In this document: piece after piece, positions 30,138-40,497 of the stretch
Layout of the letters: each line of letters begins with the position of its first letter
Numbering within the stretch: the stretch's first letter is position 1
Assembly (NCBI GenBank): GCA_963769975.1
Contig: CAVYNS010000003.1
Coordinates: forward strand, 384,434-448,433
Reading direction: 5' to 3'
DNA from: an uncultured Chloroflexia bacterium
GTDB taxonomy: Bacteria > Chloroflexota > Dehalococcoidia > GIF9 > AB-539-J10
DNA: 64,000 nucleotides
Notes under the pieces: model-generated
What the model was told of the DNA's origin: nothing
What the model saw: the letters and a program-made list of their open reading frames with translations, nothing else
Databases searched by the model: none
Made by a program: the position numbers and the translations under genes

Positions 30138-31304
30138 ATGTCAGACAAAAATAAAGGTCTCAGCAAAGCCCGGGAAATCTATTCAAATAACTCACAGAGA
30201 GCCAGGGAGCTCAAGGCAGCGGGCAAAAAAATAATAGGCTATCCTTGTGTCTACGTCCCACTGGAGATGCTGACTGCCCTTGACCTTGTCCCTTACCGGA
30301 CATGCGGCGATATAAAGGAACCGGTCACTGAAGCAGACAGAGCTTTGCCTCATTCATTCTGCCCTATCATGCGCAACTGCCTCGATTGCGCCCTGAAGGG
30401 CAAAAACGATTTCCTTGATGGCATGGTTACCATTCACTCCAGCGACCCTCAGGAAAAAACAGCGCGCGTCTGGGAATCTTATACCAACTATCCCTACTTC
30501 CACTTCATAGACATGCCCATAACAGTCCGTCCCGAGGCTCTGGAATACTTCAAAAGCCAGCTAAGCGACTTCAGAAAGACTTTGGAGGCTTTCACCGGGA
30601 AGAAACTGTCTACAGACAAGCTTAAGGCAGCTATTAAAGCCCATAACCGGCAGCGGGCTCTAGTGAGAGAACTATACGAGCTGACAAAGTCTTCTCCTCC
30701 CTATATCTCGGGAACGGAAATCGTTCAGGTAGTAAAAACTCTGACAAGCCTGCCTGTAGTTGAAGGGAATGACCTGCTAACTGAGACTATAAGCGGAGTC
30801 AAAAACCGTACCGATAGACCAGAAAAGAAATCAGCGCGTCTCCTTATATGGAGCAGTACCCTTGACGATACCGACATCATGCAAGTATTCGAAACTAAGG
30901 CAAATGTGGTGATGAACGAAAGCTGTGGCGGTATCAGGGCTTACAGAAGTGAGGTAAAATCCACTGCTGACCCGCTGGAAGGGCTGGCCGACTACTATCT
31001 CAACGAAATCACCTGCGCCCGCACCTTCAGGCAGGCCACCCTCGGCGAGACCAGAAAGGACTATGCCCGAGACCTGCAAAGCCGTTTCGGCTATCTTAAA
31101 GGCATCATCAAAGACTGGAAAATTAACGGCGCCATAATGCTGCTCGTCAGGTACTGTGACCCCTTTGCCTTCGAAATGCCATCGCTCAAAGACTATTTCA
31201 ACAGCCTCGGCGTTCCCAGCACCTATATAGAATACGACTATACTACAGGAGCCCTGGCCCCATTGAGGACCAGGGTCGAAGCCTTCCTTGAGACAATCAG
31301 CTAA
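30138..31304 (+). CDS. 2-hydroxyacyl-CoA dehydratase / benzoyl-CoA reductase subunit (HgdA/BcrC-like)
   Basis: 388 aa; conserved Cys ligands of the HgdAB/BcrBC family. Confidence 0.75.
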   Translation: MSDKNKGLSKAREIYSNNSQRARELKAAGKKIIGYPCVYVPLEMLTALDLVPYRTCGDIKEPVTEADRALPHSFCPIMRNCLDCALKGKNDFLDGMVTIHSSDPQEKTARVWESYTNYPYFHFIDMPITVRPEALEYFKSQLSDFRKTLEAFTGKKLSTDKLKAAIKAHNRQRALVRELYELTKSSPPYISGTEIVQVVKTLTSLPVVEGNDLLTETISGVKNRTDRPEKKSARLLIWSSTLDDTDIMQVFETKANVVMNESCGGIRAYRSEVKSTADPLEGLADYYLNEITCARTFRQATLGETRKDYARDLQSRFGYLKGIIKDWKINGAIMLLVRYCDPFAFEMPSLKDYFNSLGVPSTYIEYDYTTGALAPLRTRVEAFLETIS

Positions 31305-32169
31305 TAGCAACCCCCAAGAGGTCTGCTTGTATTTCGCCGGTGTTGACATAGGTTCCACCATGACCAAAGTCGTGCTCATCGACAAGAGCAGCAATTTACT
31401 TTCGGCCATCAAGGGCCCTACCGGTCCAGAGTATCGCCAGCTTGCCAACGAGGTTATGCGGCAGGCACTGGAGCAAGCCAGCTTGCAGATTGATGACATC
31501 TCCTATATCGTAGCTACAGGCTATGGACGGTTCAACGTCCCTTTCGCAGACCGTCAAATAACAGAGCTTTCCTGCCATGCCCGAGGCGTCTCCAGCCTTT
31601 TTCCCAATGTCAGAACTGCCATTGATATAGGCGGCCAGGATGCCAAGTGTATGAAAATTAATAACGGCAAGCTGACCAGCTTCGTTATGAACGACAAGTG
31701 CGCCGCTGGAACCGGGAGGTTTCTTGAAGTGACTGCGGTTACACTTGGTATCAGGCTGGAAGACATGGGAGACATTTCCCTTAAAGCCACAAAAAAAATC
31801 CAGATAAGCAACCTGTGCACTATCTTCGCCCAGCAAGAAGTAGTAGCGCTCCTCTCCCGCGGGGAAAAGCTGGAGAACATCCTGGCCGGACTTCACGATG
31901 CCCTGGCCAGCCGCGTAGCAGCGCTGGCACGGCGGCTCGGGATAGAGCCCGACCTGGTGCTCACAGGTGGCGTTGCCAAGAACACCGGCATGGTTAGGGC
32001 AATGAAAGAAAGCCTGGGCTGCGAAATCTTCGTTCCTGAAGAGCCACTTCTGACCGGGGCGCTTGGCGCTGCCATCATGGCAAAGGAAATCTACATGAAA
32101 GCAGTGGCAGTGGGTGAGGCCTTGCCCACAAAATCACGGCGGTTAGAAAAAGCCACCTTCTTCAGTTAG
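31288..32169 (+). CDS. CoA-substrate-specific enzyme activase / ATPase (BadF/BadG/BcrA/BcrD/HgdC family)
   Basis: 293 aa; the N-terminus YFAGVDIGSTMTKVV is an ASKHA ATPase phosphate-1 motif. Confidence 0.8.
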   Translation: MRQSANSNPQEVCLYFAGVDIGSTMTKVVLIDKSSNLLSAIKGPTGPEYRQLANEVMRQALEQASLQIDDISYIVATGYGRFNVPFADRQITELSCHARGVSSLFPNVRTAIDIGGQDAKCMKINNGKLTSFVMNDKCAAGTGRFLEVTAVTLGIRLEDMGDISLKATKKIQISNLCTIFAQQEVVALLSRGEKLENILAGLHDALASRVAALARRLGIEPDLVLTGGVAKNTGMVRAMKESLGCEIFVPEEPLLTGALGAAIMAKEIYMKAVAVGEALPTKSRRLEKATFFS

Positions 32170-32177
32170 GAGCACCG

Positions 32178-32972
32178 ATGAGCTGGTTTATGGGCATTGA
32201 CATAGGCTCGGCATACAGCAAAGGAGTCATAATTAAAGACTTCGAGCTTGTTGCTTCACATATAATCATATCTGGAGCTAATTACCGAAAATCTGCCGAG
32301 GCTATAAGGACGGAGTTAATAAGACAGGTCAATCTGACTCAGAATGACATAGCCCATACTGTTGCCACTGGTTCCGGTGCCGACAATGTTTATTTTGCCA
32401 ACCAGAAGGCAAGCGATATAGTCTGCACTGCCAGAGGCATAAACAACTTCTTCCCGCAAGCCAGGACTGTAATCGATGTAGCCAGTCAATCCACCAAGGT
32501 AATACGGCTAAATGAAGAAGGAATTGTGACCAACTTCACTGTCAGCGAGAAATGTGCCGCCGGCGGCGGTCGCTTTATTGAGGTCATCGCCAACGTGCTG
32601 CGAATAGATTTGAGCGATTTTGGCCCGCTTGCAGCCAGGTCAAAGACCCCCATCACATTTAGTACGGGCTGTGCTGTTTTCGGCGAATCCGAAGCCATCA
32701 CCAGAATAAGCGAAGGCATCCCAAAAGAAGACATCGCCGCTGGTGTTAACAAAGCCCTGGCAAGCAAGATTTCCTCACTGGTCAAGAAGCTTAAGCTGGA
32801 AGAACCCTGCGCCATCTGCGGCGGCGGTGCCCTCAACACCGCTCTTGTCAAGACCATAGAAGGCGAATTAAACACCAACCTCCTGGTACCACTACACCCC
32901 CAGCTCATTACCGCTCTGGGCGCCGCCATAATCGCTAGGACATCAGCGACCTCAGAATCGACCAAAAAATAG
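32178..32972 (+). CDS. second activase ATPase (BadF/BadG/BcrA/BcrD/HgdC family)
   Basis: 264 aa; N-terminus FMGIDIGSAYSKGVII; paralogue of the previous gene. Confidence 0.8.
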   Translation: MSWFMGIDIGSAYSKGVIIKDFELVASHIIISGANYRKSAEAIRTELIRQVNLTQNDIAHTVATGSGADNVYFANQKASDIVCTARGINNFFPQARTVIDVASQSTKVIRLNEEGIVTNFTVSEKCAAGGGRFIEVIANVLRIDLSDFGPLAARSKTPITFSTGCAVFGESEAITRISEGIPKEDIAAGVNKALASKISSLVKKLKLEEPCAICGGGALNTALVKTIEGELNTNLLVPLHPQLITALGAAIIARTSATSESTKK

Positions 32973-33161
32973 AACTGCTAGGCTTTTCTAAGTCAAAACC
33001 TTTTTCCTAGGCAAACAGCAAATAGATTTCAAATATTCTGCGGGCTGCAAGTGAATATGGGGCAAGGTCTTGACAAGAACTGATGAGGATTGTAGTATTT
33101 TATCCTAGCCGATTTGTTCGAAAACGACTGACTCAATACGGCAAGCAAAGGTTCAGCAAAT

Positions 33162-33467
33162 TTGGAGGGGCAGATGAAAGCAATAATAACGAGTATTATG
33201 GTAGCCATTGTACTAGCTTCAATCTTTTCCTTGCCGGCTCTAGCCCAAGAAAACAGTACCATCACCATCACTATGACAGGAGCCAATGAAATTTCCATTA
33301 GCCTGGATAAGACACAATGGCCTCTCGGGAACGTGGCTTCAAACACAGAATATGAGACAAGCCCGCCCATAGAGTGGTGCACACTGACCGTACAGGGCAA
33401 TTGTAATGTAAATACCTTTATTGTAGGGGATGATGCTAAATGGGATTGCGCTCACACAATAACATAG
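33162..33467 (+). CDS. small secreted protein (signal peptide); C-terminus DCAHTIT
   Basis: 101 aa; hydrophobic N-terminus ending ALAQE; its stop codon lies inside repeat copy A. Confidence 0.5.
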   Translation: MEGQMKAIITSIMVAIVLASIFSLPALAQENSTITITMTGANEISISLDKTQWPLGNVASNTEYETSPPIEWCTLTVQGNCNVNTFIVGDDAKWDCAHTIT

Positions 33468-33512
33468 AAATGCTACCATTCAGGGTGTGTGTTTGAGGTG
33501 ACAAGACAGGCG
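33444..33512. repeat. mosaic intergenic repeat family, copy A
   Basis: acaataacatagaa ... ttcagggtgtgtgtttgaggtgacaagacagg; shared with 35521-35660, 36378-36515 and 56585-56760. Confidence 0.6.
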
Positions 33513-33550
33513 GTTGTGCAATTTCACACTTCGCTATGCTATGGCTCTGG

Positions 33551-34972
33551 TTAAACAGTGACCTTTATCAGCCAGACATCATAGTCCCCGTACGAAGATG
33601 TGGAACCGGCAATGATGTATCCTCCATCTGAGGTTTGCTGGACTGAGTAGCCATAGTCGTCACCTGAACCGCCAAAGGTCTTGTTCCACGCCAAATTTCC
33701 TGAAGAATCGGCCTTTATCAGCCAGACATCCCCACCGCTATACCAGGACAACGCCGTGTAACCGGCAATGATGTAGCCTCCGTCCGAGGTTTGCTGGACT
33801 GAGTGGCCATAGTCACAAGATGAACCGCCAAAGGTCTGGTTCCACGCCAAATTTCCTGAAGAATCGGTCTTTATCAGCCAGACATCACTACAGCCAGCCC
33901 CGTAGGAATATGTGTTAGCGATAATGATGTATCCTCCGTCCGAGGTCTGCTGCACGGAGTCGCCTTCGTCATCCAGGGAACCGCCAAAGGTCTTGTTCCA
34001 CGTTTCATTTCCTGCAGAATCTGTCTTTATCAGCCAGACATCACGACTGCCAGCCCCGTAGGAATCTGTGCAACCGGCAATGATGTATCCTGCATCCGAG
34101 GTTTGCTGAACCGAGTACCCCTCGTCATAACCTGAACCGCCAAAGGTCTTGTTCCACGCCAGATTTCCTGAAGAATCCGTCTTCATCAGCCAGACGTCCC
34201 TATCGCCAGCCCCGTAGTATTGTGTGGAACCGGCAATGATGTATCCTCCATCCGAGGTTTGCTGAACTGAGTACCCCTCGTCATAACCTGAAGCGCCAAA
34301 GGTCTTGTTCCACGCCAGATTTCCTGAAGAATCCGTCTTCATCAGCCAGACATCTAAAACGCCACCCTCGTATGAATATGTGTAACCGATAATGATGTAT
34401 CCTCCGTCCGAGGTTTGCTGGACCGAGTAGCCATAGTCATAATCTGAACCGCCAAAGGTCTTGTTCCACGCCAAATTTCCTGAAGAATCTGTCTTTATCA
34501 GCCAGACATCAACATTGCCAGCGCCGTAGGAATCCGTGTAACCGGCGATGATGTATCCTCCGTCCGAGGTTTGCTGGACTGAGTAGCCCCGGTCAGTACC
34601 TGAACCGCCAAAGGTCTTGCTCCATGCTACTTCAGGATTATAATAGGTAGTAGCCCTGAAATTAGCGGCGATGTTCTTATCCGAGTCCATGGTAATGGCA
34701 ATACTGGATGTGTTGCCCGACGCACTACCAGTCCAGTGGTCAAAAGTATAACCACTAGCAGGGCTGGCTGTTAGTGTCACCTGTGCACCAGATTCATATT
34801 GGCCACCTGAAGGGGAGACCGAGCCTGCTCCTATGGGGTCAACGACTGTGGTAAGCTTGTAAGTCTCGGCAGAAGCTGGTCCCTCCCATGGTTTGAAAAC
34901 AAATAAGACTATCGCTACGATAATAGCTATGGTGCAACCTACGATGATTCCTGCCAGCTTTTTCTTACTCAT
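33551..34972 (-). CDS. membrane-anchored protein with an InlB-B-repeat-like domain and ~8 beta-propeller (SBBP-like) repeats
   Basis: 473 aa; N-terminal TM helix, [12 protein letters not shown] Ig-like segment, then ~48-aa tandem units ([28 protein letters not shown]). Confidence 0.7.
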   Translation of the reverse strand: MSKKKLAGIIVGCTIAIIVAIVLFVFKPWEGPASAETYKLTTVVDPIGAGSVSPSGGQYESGAQVTLTASPASGYTFDHWTGSASGNTSSIAITMDSDKNIAANFRATTYYNPEVAWSKTFGGSGTDRGYSVQQTSDGGYIIAGYTDSYGAGNVDVWLIKTDSSGNLAWNKTFGGSDYDYGYSVQQTSDGGYIIIGYTYSYEGGVLDVWLMKTDSSGNLAWNKTFGASGYDEGYSVQQTSDGGYIIAGSTQYYGAGDRDVWLMKTDSSGNLAWNKTFGGSGYDEGYSVQQTSDAGYIIAGCTDSYGAGSRDVWLIKTDSAGNETWNKTFGGSLDDEGDSVQQTSDGGYIIIANTYSYGAGCSDVWLIKTDSSGNLAWNQTFGGSSCDYGHSVQQTSDGGYIIAGYTALSWYSGGDVWLIKADSSGNLAWNKTFGGSGDDYGYSVQQTSDGGYIIAGSTSSYGDYDVWLIKVTV

Positions 34973-35058
34973 TCAATTCTCCCCTATTAGCATTATCAAG
35001 CAGAACTAGGATGTCTGGTCTAAGCAATGTCAATCCTCTCCAAATCCACTTAGCTTAT

Positions 35059-35427
35059 CTAGACATCGGCTGACCGCTCAAACTTACAATCTATGTAACC
35101 GTTAGGCTTGAAAACAACTTTAATGCAATTATATGTTTTCTGGCCGTAACTGCCTTTTTTTAAAGAGAATTGGTAGGCAGTATCTAGATTATCCAAAGCT
35201 ATATGAAACAACCATTCTACGATTGCTTTTTCGCCCCAACCTTTGCCCTTCCTTTCATCCCAGTAATCCTTTATTGTCTTCTGGTCTTCCGGGTTGAAAT
35301 AGTGTCGCTCTTTGCGATGGCTAACTCCCGTGTTCTTAGCATACTTGTCAATCCAGTCGTGCAGTTCACCGAATGCAAAACCAGTTCTCTTTTTACTAAT
35401 AGCACAGTGCTTCTTCACGTCAGGCAT
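35059..35427 (-). CDS. hypothetical protein (122 aa)
   Basis: ORF only. Confidence 0.4.
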   Translation of the reverse strand: MPDVKKHCAISKKRTGFAFGELHDWIDKYAKNTGVSHRKERHYFNPEDQKTIKDYWDERKGKGWGEKAIVEWLFHIALDNLDTAYQFSLKKGSYGQKTYNCIKVVFKPNGYIDCKFERSADV

Positions 35428-35520
35428 AGTATTCCCCCTTTTTATACATCATATGAGAATCAAGAATAACAGTCAATACGCCTGAAGGATGCACTGAGAT
35501 TGAGTTTGAGGATAGCTTGA

Positions 35521-35660
35521 GGGATTGTGGGGACACAATAACATAGAACTTTTGCCGTTCAGCGTGCGCGCTTAATGTCGCATAATCACAATACATCACT
35601 CCCAGTTCGTGTAATGAAATAACAAAACAGGCAATTGTTACCCGAACTGCACGAAATATC
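35521..35660. repeat. mosaic intergenic repeat family, copy B (includes a degenerate gene 3' end ...DCGDTIT*)
   Basis: gattgtggggacacaataacatagaacttttgccgttcag ... aataacaaaacaggcaattgttacccgaactg. Confidence 0.6.
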
Positions 35661-35777
35661 CTTTTGTTACATCAGAGGTAACAACTCAAGCTTCTCTTGT
35701 CATAGCTGCACATTATCGACTAATGTTCAATCTTGTTGCAGTCATGAGGCGGCAAAATTGACTTAGTCCATTGAGTG

Positions 35778-36125
35778 TTACTTGCCGATCGGAGATGGTG
35801 CCAACAAACCAGCTAACGCACCTACAGCCGCTGATCCAAGCGCCACGAGTATGTCTGGGGCAGTCTTACCACCTGACACCAGAATAATGCCACCCACAGC
35901 AGCCATCCATGCGAGCGCACCAAGTGCGCCGACGATCATCCGGTATATCCACTTGTCACTATAATATGCTGGTGGCGGCGTCTCTTTTTTGGCCTTGTCG
36001 GCCACCTTTTGCAGTTCTCGGAGGGCTTGGGTGGGATCGGAAGTGCTTATTATGTCTCGCCATGTCTGGGGGTGTTCTTTTAAAATGCTTAACACTTTAT
36101 CGGCAGACCGTTCCTTCTCTTGCAT
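35778..36125 (-). CDS. small membrane protein (2 TM helices)
   Basis: 115 aa; Gly/Ala-rich hydrophobic C-terminal half. Confidence 0.5.
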   Translation of the reverse strand: MQEKERSADKVLSILKEHPQTWRDIISTSDPTQALRELQKVADKAKKETPPPAYYSDKWIYRMIVGALGALAWMAAVGGIILVSGGKTAPDILVALGSAAVGALAGLLAPSPIGK

Positions 36126-36377
36126 TTCTACCTCCTTATTCCAATGTTCGCAGCAAAATAATCCTAGGAACTCAAGTGTTGCTAAACAAGGTAAGTCTCT
36201 ATACGAAAATTAGCCGAATCTGTAAATTCGTAACACATACATTTGACTACGCACTTTGACATTAGTCTCTAAGGGCTACTTCTTATTTAAAATATTCTTA
36301 TAGAAATTACTATACAACTATTTAAGAGAAATTGTCAATAGTTTGTTCGTGGTTTCCAAAACATACTATGGAGTTAA

Positions 36378-36515
36378 GGAGTCACAAAACGCTGCTTTGT
36401 GCAGTGCGCCACAATCGGGATTGTGGGGACACAATAGCATAGAATTTTTGCCGTTCAGGGTGTGTGTTTGAGGTAACAAAACAGACTATTGTTGCCCGAG
36501 TTGAACAATACGTCA
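36378..36515. repeat. mosaic intergenic repeat family, copy C (with a 24-codon ORF ending ...DCGDTIA*)
   Basis: gtcacaaaacgctgctttgtgcag ... gattgtggggacacaatagcatagaatttttgccgttcagggtgtgtgtttgaggtaacaaaacagactattgttgcccgagttg. Confidence 0.6.
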
Positions 36516-36616
36516 GATTGTGTCATCCATGTACGAATCTGTTATGGTTCTATCATAGCTCGGAAGTGACGGGGAGTAGGTTGGATAATCTCTTTTGGAC
36601 GATGTCTGGTAATCAC

Positions 36617-37222
36617 TTACTCGGGCTCAGCAAACTGTTTAGCCGCATTATCCACAATGAGTTGTAAACTTTTCAGGTACTTATCGAACAGGTCGATTGC
36701 TGGCTCTTTGTCCCATGGCTCATCAACGAAATACATATGGTCAATAGTCGCAACTGTTGTAGATTCTCGCTTACGTTTTTTCCGGCGGAGCCGTCTCCTT
36801 ATCGTTCCAATTCGTTGTTTAAAGTATGCCAAAAAATCTTGACGTAAGTAACGTAGCTTACTTCTCCAAGAGCCTCGAATTACAGTAGCAGTCGCTGTAA
36901 CATGAACGCCTATAGATACGTGTGCTTTCATGGTGACGACCTTTCGCACAGAAATACTTTTTTCCTTTAAAACGAAGTTCCTTTGATTTAGGAAGAATTG
37001 TGCTAGTGGGTCTGCTCCTAGTGCGCTCTGTTGGCTCTCATACCATTCTTTGAAGCCGGGAGTGTTATTATATTGCTTTTGTAGCAGAAAGGTAACGCTT
37101 CTTGCCCATACAATAGCCGTTTCAAAAAAGTGGCTGAACTGGATTCGGTCTTGCATTTCAACTGCAACCGCTTTGTCGTAAAAGAAACGGACTTTGTTAA
37201 GACACTTCTGACCTTCAATCAT
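36617..37222 (-). CDS. hypothetical protein (201 aa, Arg/Lys-rich segment)
   Basis: ORF only. Confidence 0.4.
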   Translation of the reverse strand: MIEGQKCLNKVRFFYDKAVAVEMQDRIQFSHFFETAIVWARSVTFLLQKQYNNTPGFKEWYESQQSALGADPLAQFFLNQRNFVLKEKSISVRKVVTMKAHVSIGVHVTATATVIRGSWRSKLRYLRQDFLAYFKQRIGTIRRRLRRKKRKRESTTVATIDHMYFVDEPWDKEPAIDLFDKYLKSLQLIVDNAAKQFAEPE

Positions 37223-37436
37223 TTTTATGTGCCTACACTATGGATATAGACAATCACCGATATTCCTCATTTTAACAGGAATGTTAATCTAAAGATTCCG
37301 AGTGCAAATGGGCGCCAAAGATGTAATAAGAAACCACATAGTCAGGTCACATTTCATCTTTTTGTTACTTGACAATTCTGACGAAGGTGTGATTATGCGC
37401 TATGCTAATCATAATTCGTTCGGACTTTGGAGTGAG

Positions 37437-37841
37437 CTATTTAGAATCTGCCTCAGATATAGTGACCTCTCTGCAAGGAGACCAATTAGAGGAAACGCCG
37501 CTACCAGTACTCACCACCCTTGCTCTGATACAGTAGAGGCCGGAGATATGCCAGGTATGGGATGCGGTTATAGAAGATCCTGAGTCTACCAAGTCACTCT
37601 CGCTATGATTACCGTCTCCCCAGTCAACATAATACTGAACACTAAAGCCCAGGCTAGAACTTGCTCCCCCAATTGTGTACGTCAGGGTTTGTCCTACATA
37701 TCCAGTAGAAGGGCCACTGGGTATATTCGGCGGAATGAGCCACTCAACGTCAGGGTAAAGACGGGGGTGAAACACAACTATGGTGGCTGCTGCACAGGCA
37801 AGTAGAGCCAAGATTAAGACCAGCTTCCACCTAGTTTTCAT
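37437..37841 (-). CDS. small secreted protein (signal peptide)
   Basis: 134 aa; N-terminus MKTRWKLVLILALLACAAAT. Confidence 0.5.
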   Translation of the reverse strand: MKTRWKLVLILALLACAAATIVVFHPRLYPDVEWLIPPNIPSGPSTGYVGQTLTYTIGGASSSLGFSVQYYVDWGDGNHSESDLVDSGSSITASHTWHISGLYCIRARVVSTGSGVSSNWSPCREVTISEADSK

Positions 37842-38180
37842 CCTTGTTCCTCATGTACCACTCATCCTCGAAAGTCTAGTGCCCATACCATCTGCATAAC
37901 AACGTTATGTTGAAGATATTTCTATCAAACAACTTGCCTGTTTCGAAGATCAAGTGTAGCAGAAAGACATGCCTCTTGAGAATATTGTCAAAGGCAATCT
38001 TTGGCACCATTCCCAATATGCAGAAGGATGTAATCGGCTCCCGTGCTCGCCCAATAGTAACAATATAGCGGATTGTGTAGTTTTCCAGGCGCTTTTAAGC
38101 GCTAAGAGCACCTTTCCTAGCCTTCCTAGTCATGGATAGCAGAGTTAACAATAAGATGTCTTGTGTAGCCAGCCGGTGTC

Positions 38181-38552
38181 CTACGCCTGAAGCTCATTCA
38201 TAACATCTTCAAGAAGTCTTCGAAACCAAACTTTCTGTCTTGCAGTTTGCACGAGGAGTCTTTTCCATACATCGACAGGTTCTGTAATTGTTGTTTGACT
38301 GCCCCAATTTAATGTATCCTTCGGTTTCCGATAGTACCCGATTCTAATCCAAAGTGGTTTCAGTTCACCTTGAAATTCAATGAGGTCCACAACATCCCAA
38401 TATGGAACACCCTTGGTTCTAGGATTGCTAATGATGACAGCTCTGTCTTTTAATATCCCTCTCTTATTCCCTTCGCCTCCCGGAAACTTAAATGAGACTG
38501 GTTTACCCATTTTTTGTTTGATTTTGTCAATTATTTTACGATCATGTGCCAT
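38181..38552 (-). CDS. hypothetical protein (123 aa)
   Basis: ORF only. Confidence 0.4.
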   Translation of the reverse strand: MAHDRKIIDKIKQKMGKPVSFKFPGGEGNKRGILKDRAVIISNPRTKGVPYWDVVDLIEFQGELKPLWIRIGYYRKPKDTLNWGSQTTITEPVDVWKRLLVQTARQKVWFRRLLEDVMNELQA

Positions 38553-38625
38553 GTAATTTCCCTTTCATAAACTTTTTTGCCGAACTCCACCTGAGACAAT
38601 GCTAAGGTCGGTCTAAATAAGTCAA

Positions 38626-39072
38626 TCAGTCTTTCAAAAGTGTTTTAAAAGCTTGAATATCAAAGGGATCGCTTTCAGCTTGGGATTTCCACTGCTGCAT
38701 CAAGCTCTTCCAGGCAGATGTTTCCTGAAGTTCTTTGAATAGTTTCACAGGGAGATGCCCTTTGAGGTCGTTGAGGTCATAACAAACAAGTTGATAACCG
38801 TAGGACTCGTCGTTCGGGGAAATGTGATCAATAGCAGCGTATAGTGGATGGCACCCCGCCTCATTGATATTTGGATTTCCATACTTCTTCTCGAAGAGCA
38901 TTGACGCATTGGAAAGGGAACATCGCCCTTTCTGCCTGATTATTAGCTCTCTAAGCTGAGAAGGACTTAACTTTTTCTTATTCTTAGTCCATGCAATTTG
39001 GGCTTTAGTTAAATAATAATCATCTTCCATGCTGGCTGTGTCCCATAACTCGTTAAAATTCCTGTCTGACAT
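38626..39072 (-). CDS. hypothetical protein, possible HNH-like nuclease fold
   Basis: 148 aa; Cys/His spacing (GRCSLSN ... GCHPLYAAIDH) loosely resembles an HNH motif. Confidence 0.35.
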   Translation of the reverse strand: MSDRNFNELWDTASMEDDYYLTKAQIAWTKNKKKLSPSQLRELIIRQKGRCSLSNASMLFEKKYGNPNINEAGCHPLYAAIDHISPNDESYGYQLVCYDLNDLKGHLPVKLFKELQETSAWKSLMQQWKSQAESDPFDIQAFKTLLKD

Positions 39073-39349
39073 ATCCTAACCCTGCTCTCCATGATAGTCA
39101 ATCTCCTCAGGTAACCAGCCCTTCTTCCAAGAATTCCAGCCCGGTCGGTTCCTGCTCCAACGCTCACTGCTGCACATAACTGACAAATGTGCAATCTCGC
39201 GCCTGCTCGATAAAAATACATAAGGCAAAATTTCAAGAACTAGCTATTATGTCGGTAATCCCAGGGGGATAGGTGTCAAAATTAACGATGAAAAAACCTC
39301 ACATTTCGGGGAGACATCTGTGCTGGGCAGATAGGCTAAAAGTGTTATA

Positions 39350-40249
39350 ATGGCAAGTAGCAACAGACTCAAGTGTTTAGTTACGAGCGACGAGGTAGCC
39401 TATATGAGCATATCGTCCAAATCATCATTAGAACTGGACGCAGCGAAGAGTCTCATGTGGTGGATAACACATGAGACTCTTGTTCCAATTGACAAGCCAG
39501 ATTGCAGCCAACCATCGAGGCCGGGAGGGAACCCTGATTTTATCTTCCAGGACTCGAGAAAGCGTAAGTATGTATTGGAAGTGACTCGGCTGCTAACTTC
39601 AAAGTTACGCAACCTCGAAAATACGGTAGCTGCCCAAGTTTGTGCTCCAGTAGAGTACCAAATTCCTGGTACCTACGGGTTGCATATCCACTTGACCGAT
39701 CCTCTTGGGCGGGGCAAGATCGCCCCCGAGGTTTTGAAGCAAACAGCGGAGGAAATATCTAGAATATTAAAAGATGGCACTTTGCAGGATACTCAACAAT
39801 TGAGCGCAGGGTTTATCCTTTGGAAGGCAAGGAGCGAAGGCAGTAAGCTAGTACCTTGGATTACCTCGCCGGAACTACCATTTGACCTAACTGATGCCCA
39901 TCCCATCGCCAAGGAACTGCGAAGTGTATTTGAGAAATTGATAGAGGAAGGTGATTTGAAGTTTCGAGGCTATGACCCGTACAGGCTCCTGCTTATTAAC
40001 ACTTCACAATCAGGATTGGACTTAAAATTCCATGCCGGAAGATTCAAGGATGGCAAAGGTATCTTGCTCACCTGGATGGATACTTTATGCCAGCGGATCC
40101 TCAACATCGATGCCATCTTCTTAGAACCCGGTATCAATGTCCGGTCAGCAGGAGGCAAAGTAATGGCAGGGCATAAATACGTTGAGAGCAAGTCTGGTCA
40201 CTACCTTGAGCTCTGGCATCGTAGTAGCGTTCCACCGCTTCTTATCTAG
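39350..40249 (+). CDS. hypothetical protein (299 aa)
   Basis: ORF only. Confidence 0.45.
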   Translation: MASSNRLKCLVTSDEVAYMSISSKSSLELDAAKSLMWWITHETLVPIDKPDCSQPSRPGGNPDFIFQDSRKRKYVLEVTRLLTSKLRNLENTVAAQVCAPVEYQIPGTYGLHIHLTDPLGRGKIAPEVLKQTAEEISRILKDGTLQDTQQLSAGFILWKARSEGSKLVPWITSPELPFDLTDAHPIAKELRSVFEKLIEEGDLKFRGYDPYRLLLINTSQSGLDLKFHAGRFKDGKGILLTWMDTLCQRILNIDAIFLEPGINVRSAGGKVMAGHKYVESKSGHYLELWHRSSVPPLLI

Positions 40250-40497
40250 CTGAATACTTTGGGACATCTAACAAATACTCATTATGTTGCCTTAACCCTT
40301 GCGGGGTATTGAACGAAATAGCGTTTTGTGACTGCTTAACCCTATGGCATCTTCTAAGCAAGGGTAGCAATAGCCCTGTGTTGTCAAAAATTCCTGCCAA
40401 GAGGGGAAAGCACGTGCTTTCCGAAAGCTGCTCCAGAGAAGCATGCTTTTTAGCTTAATGAAGCGCTTAAAAAGCAGCTGCTAATTTTATATTAGAT

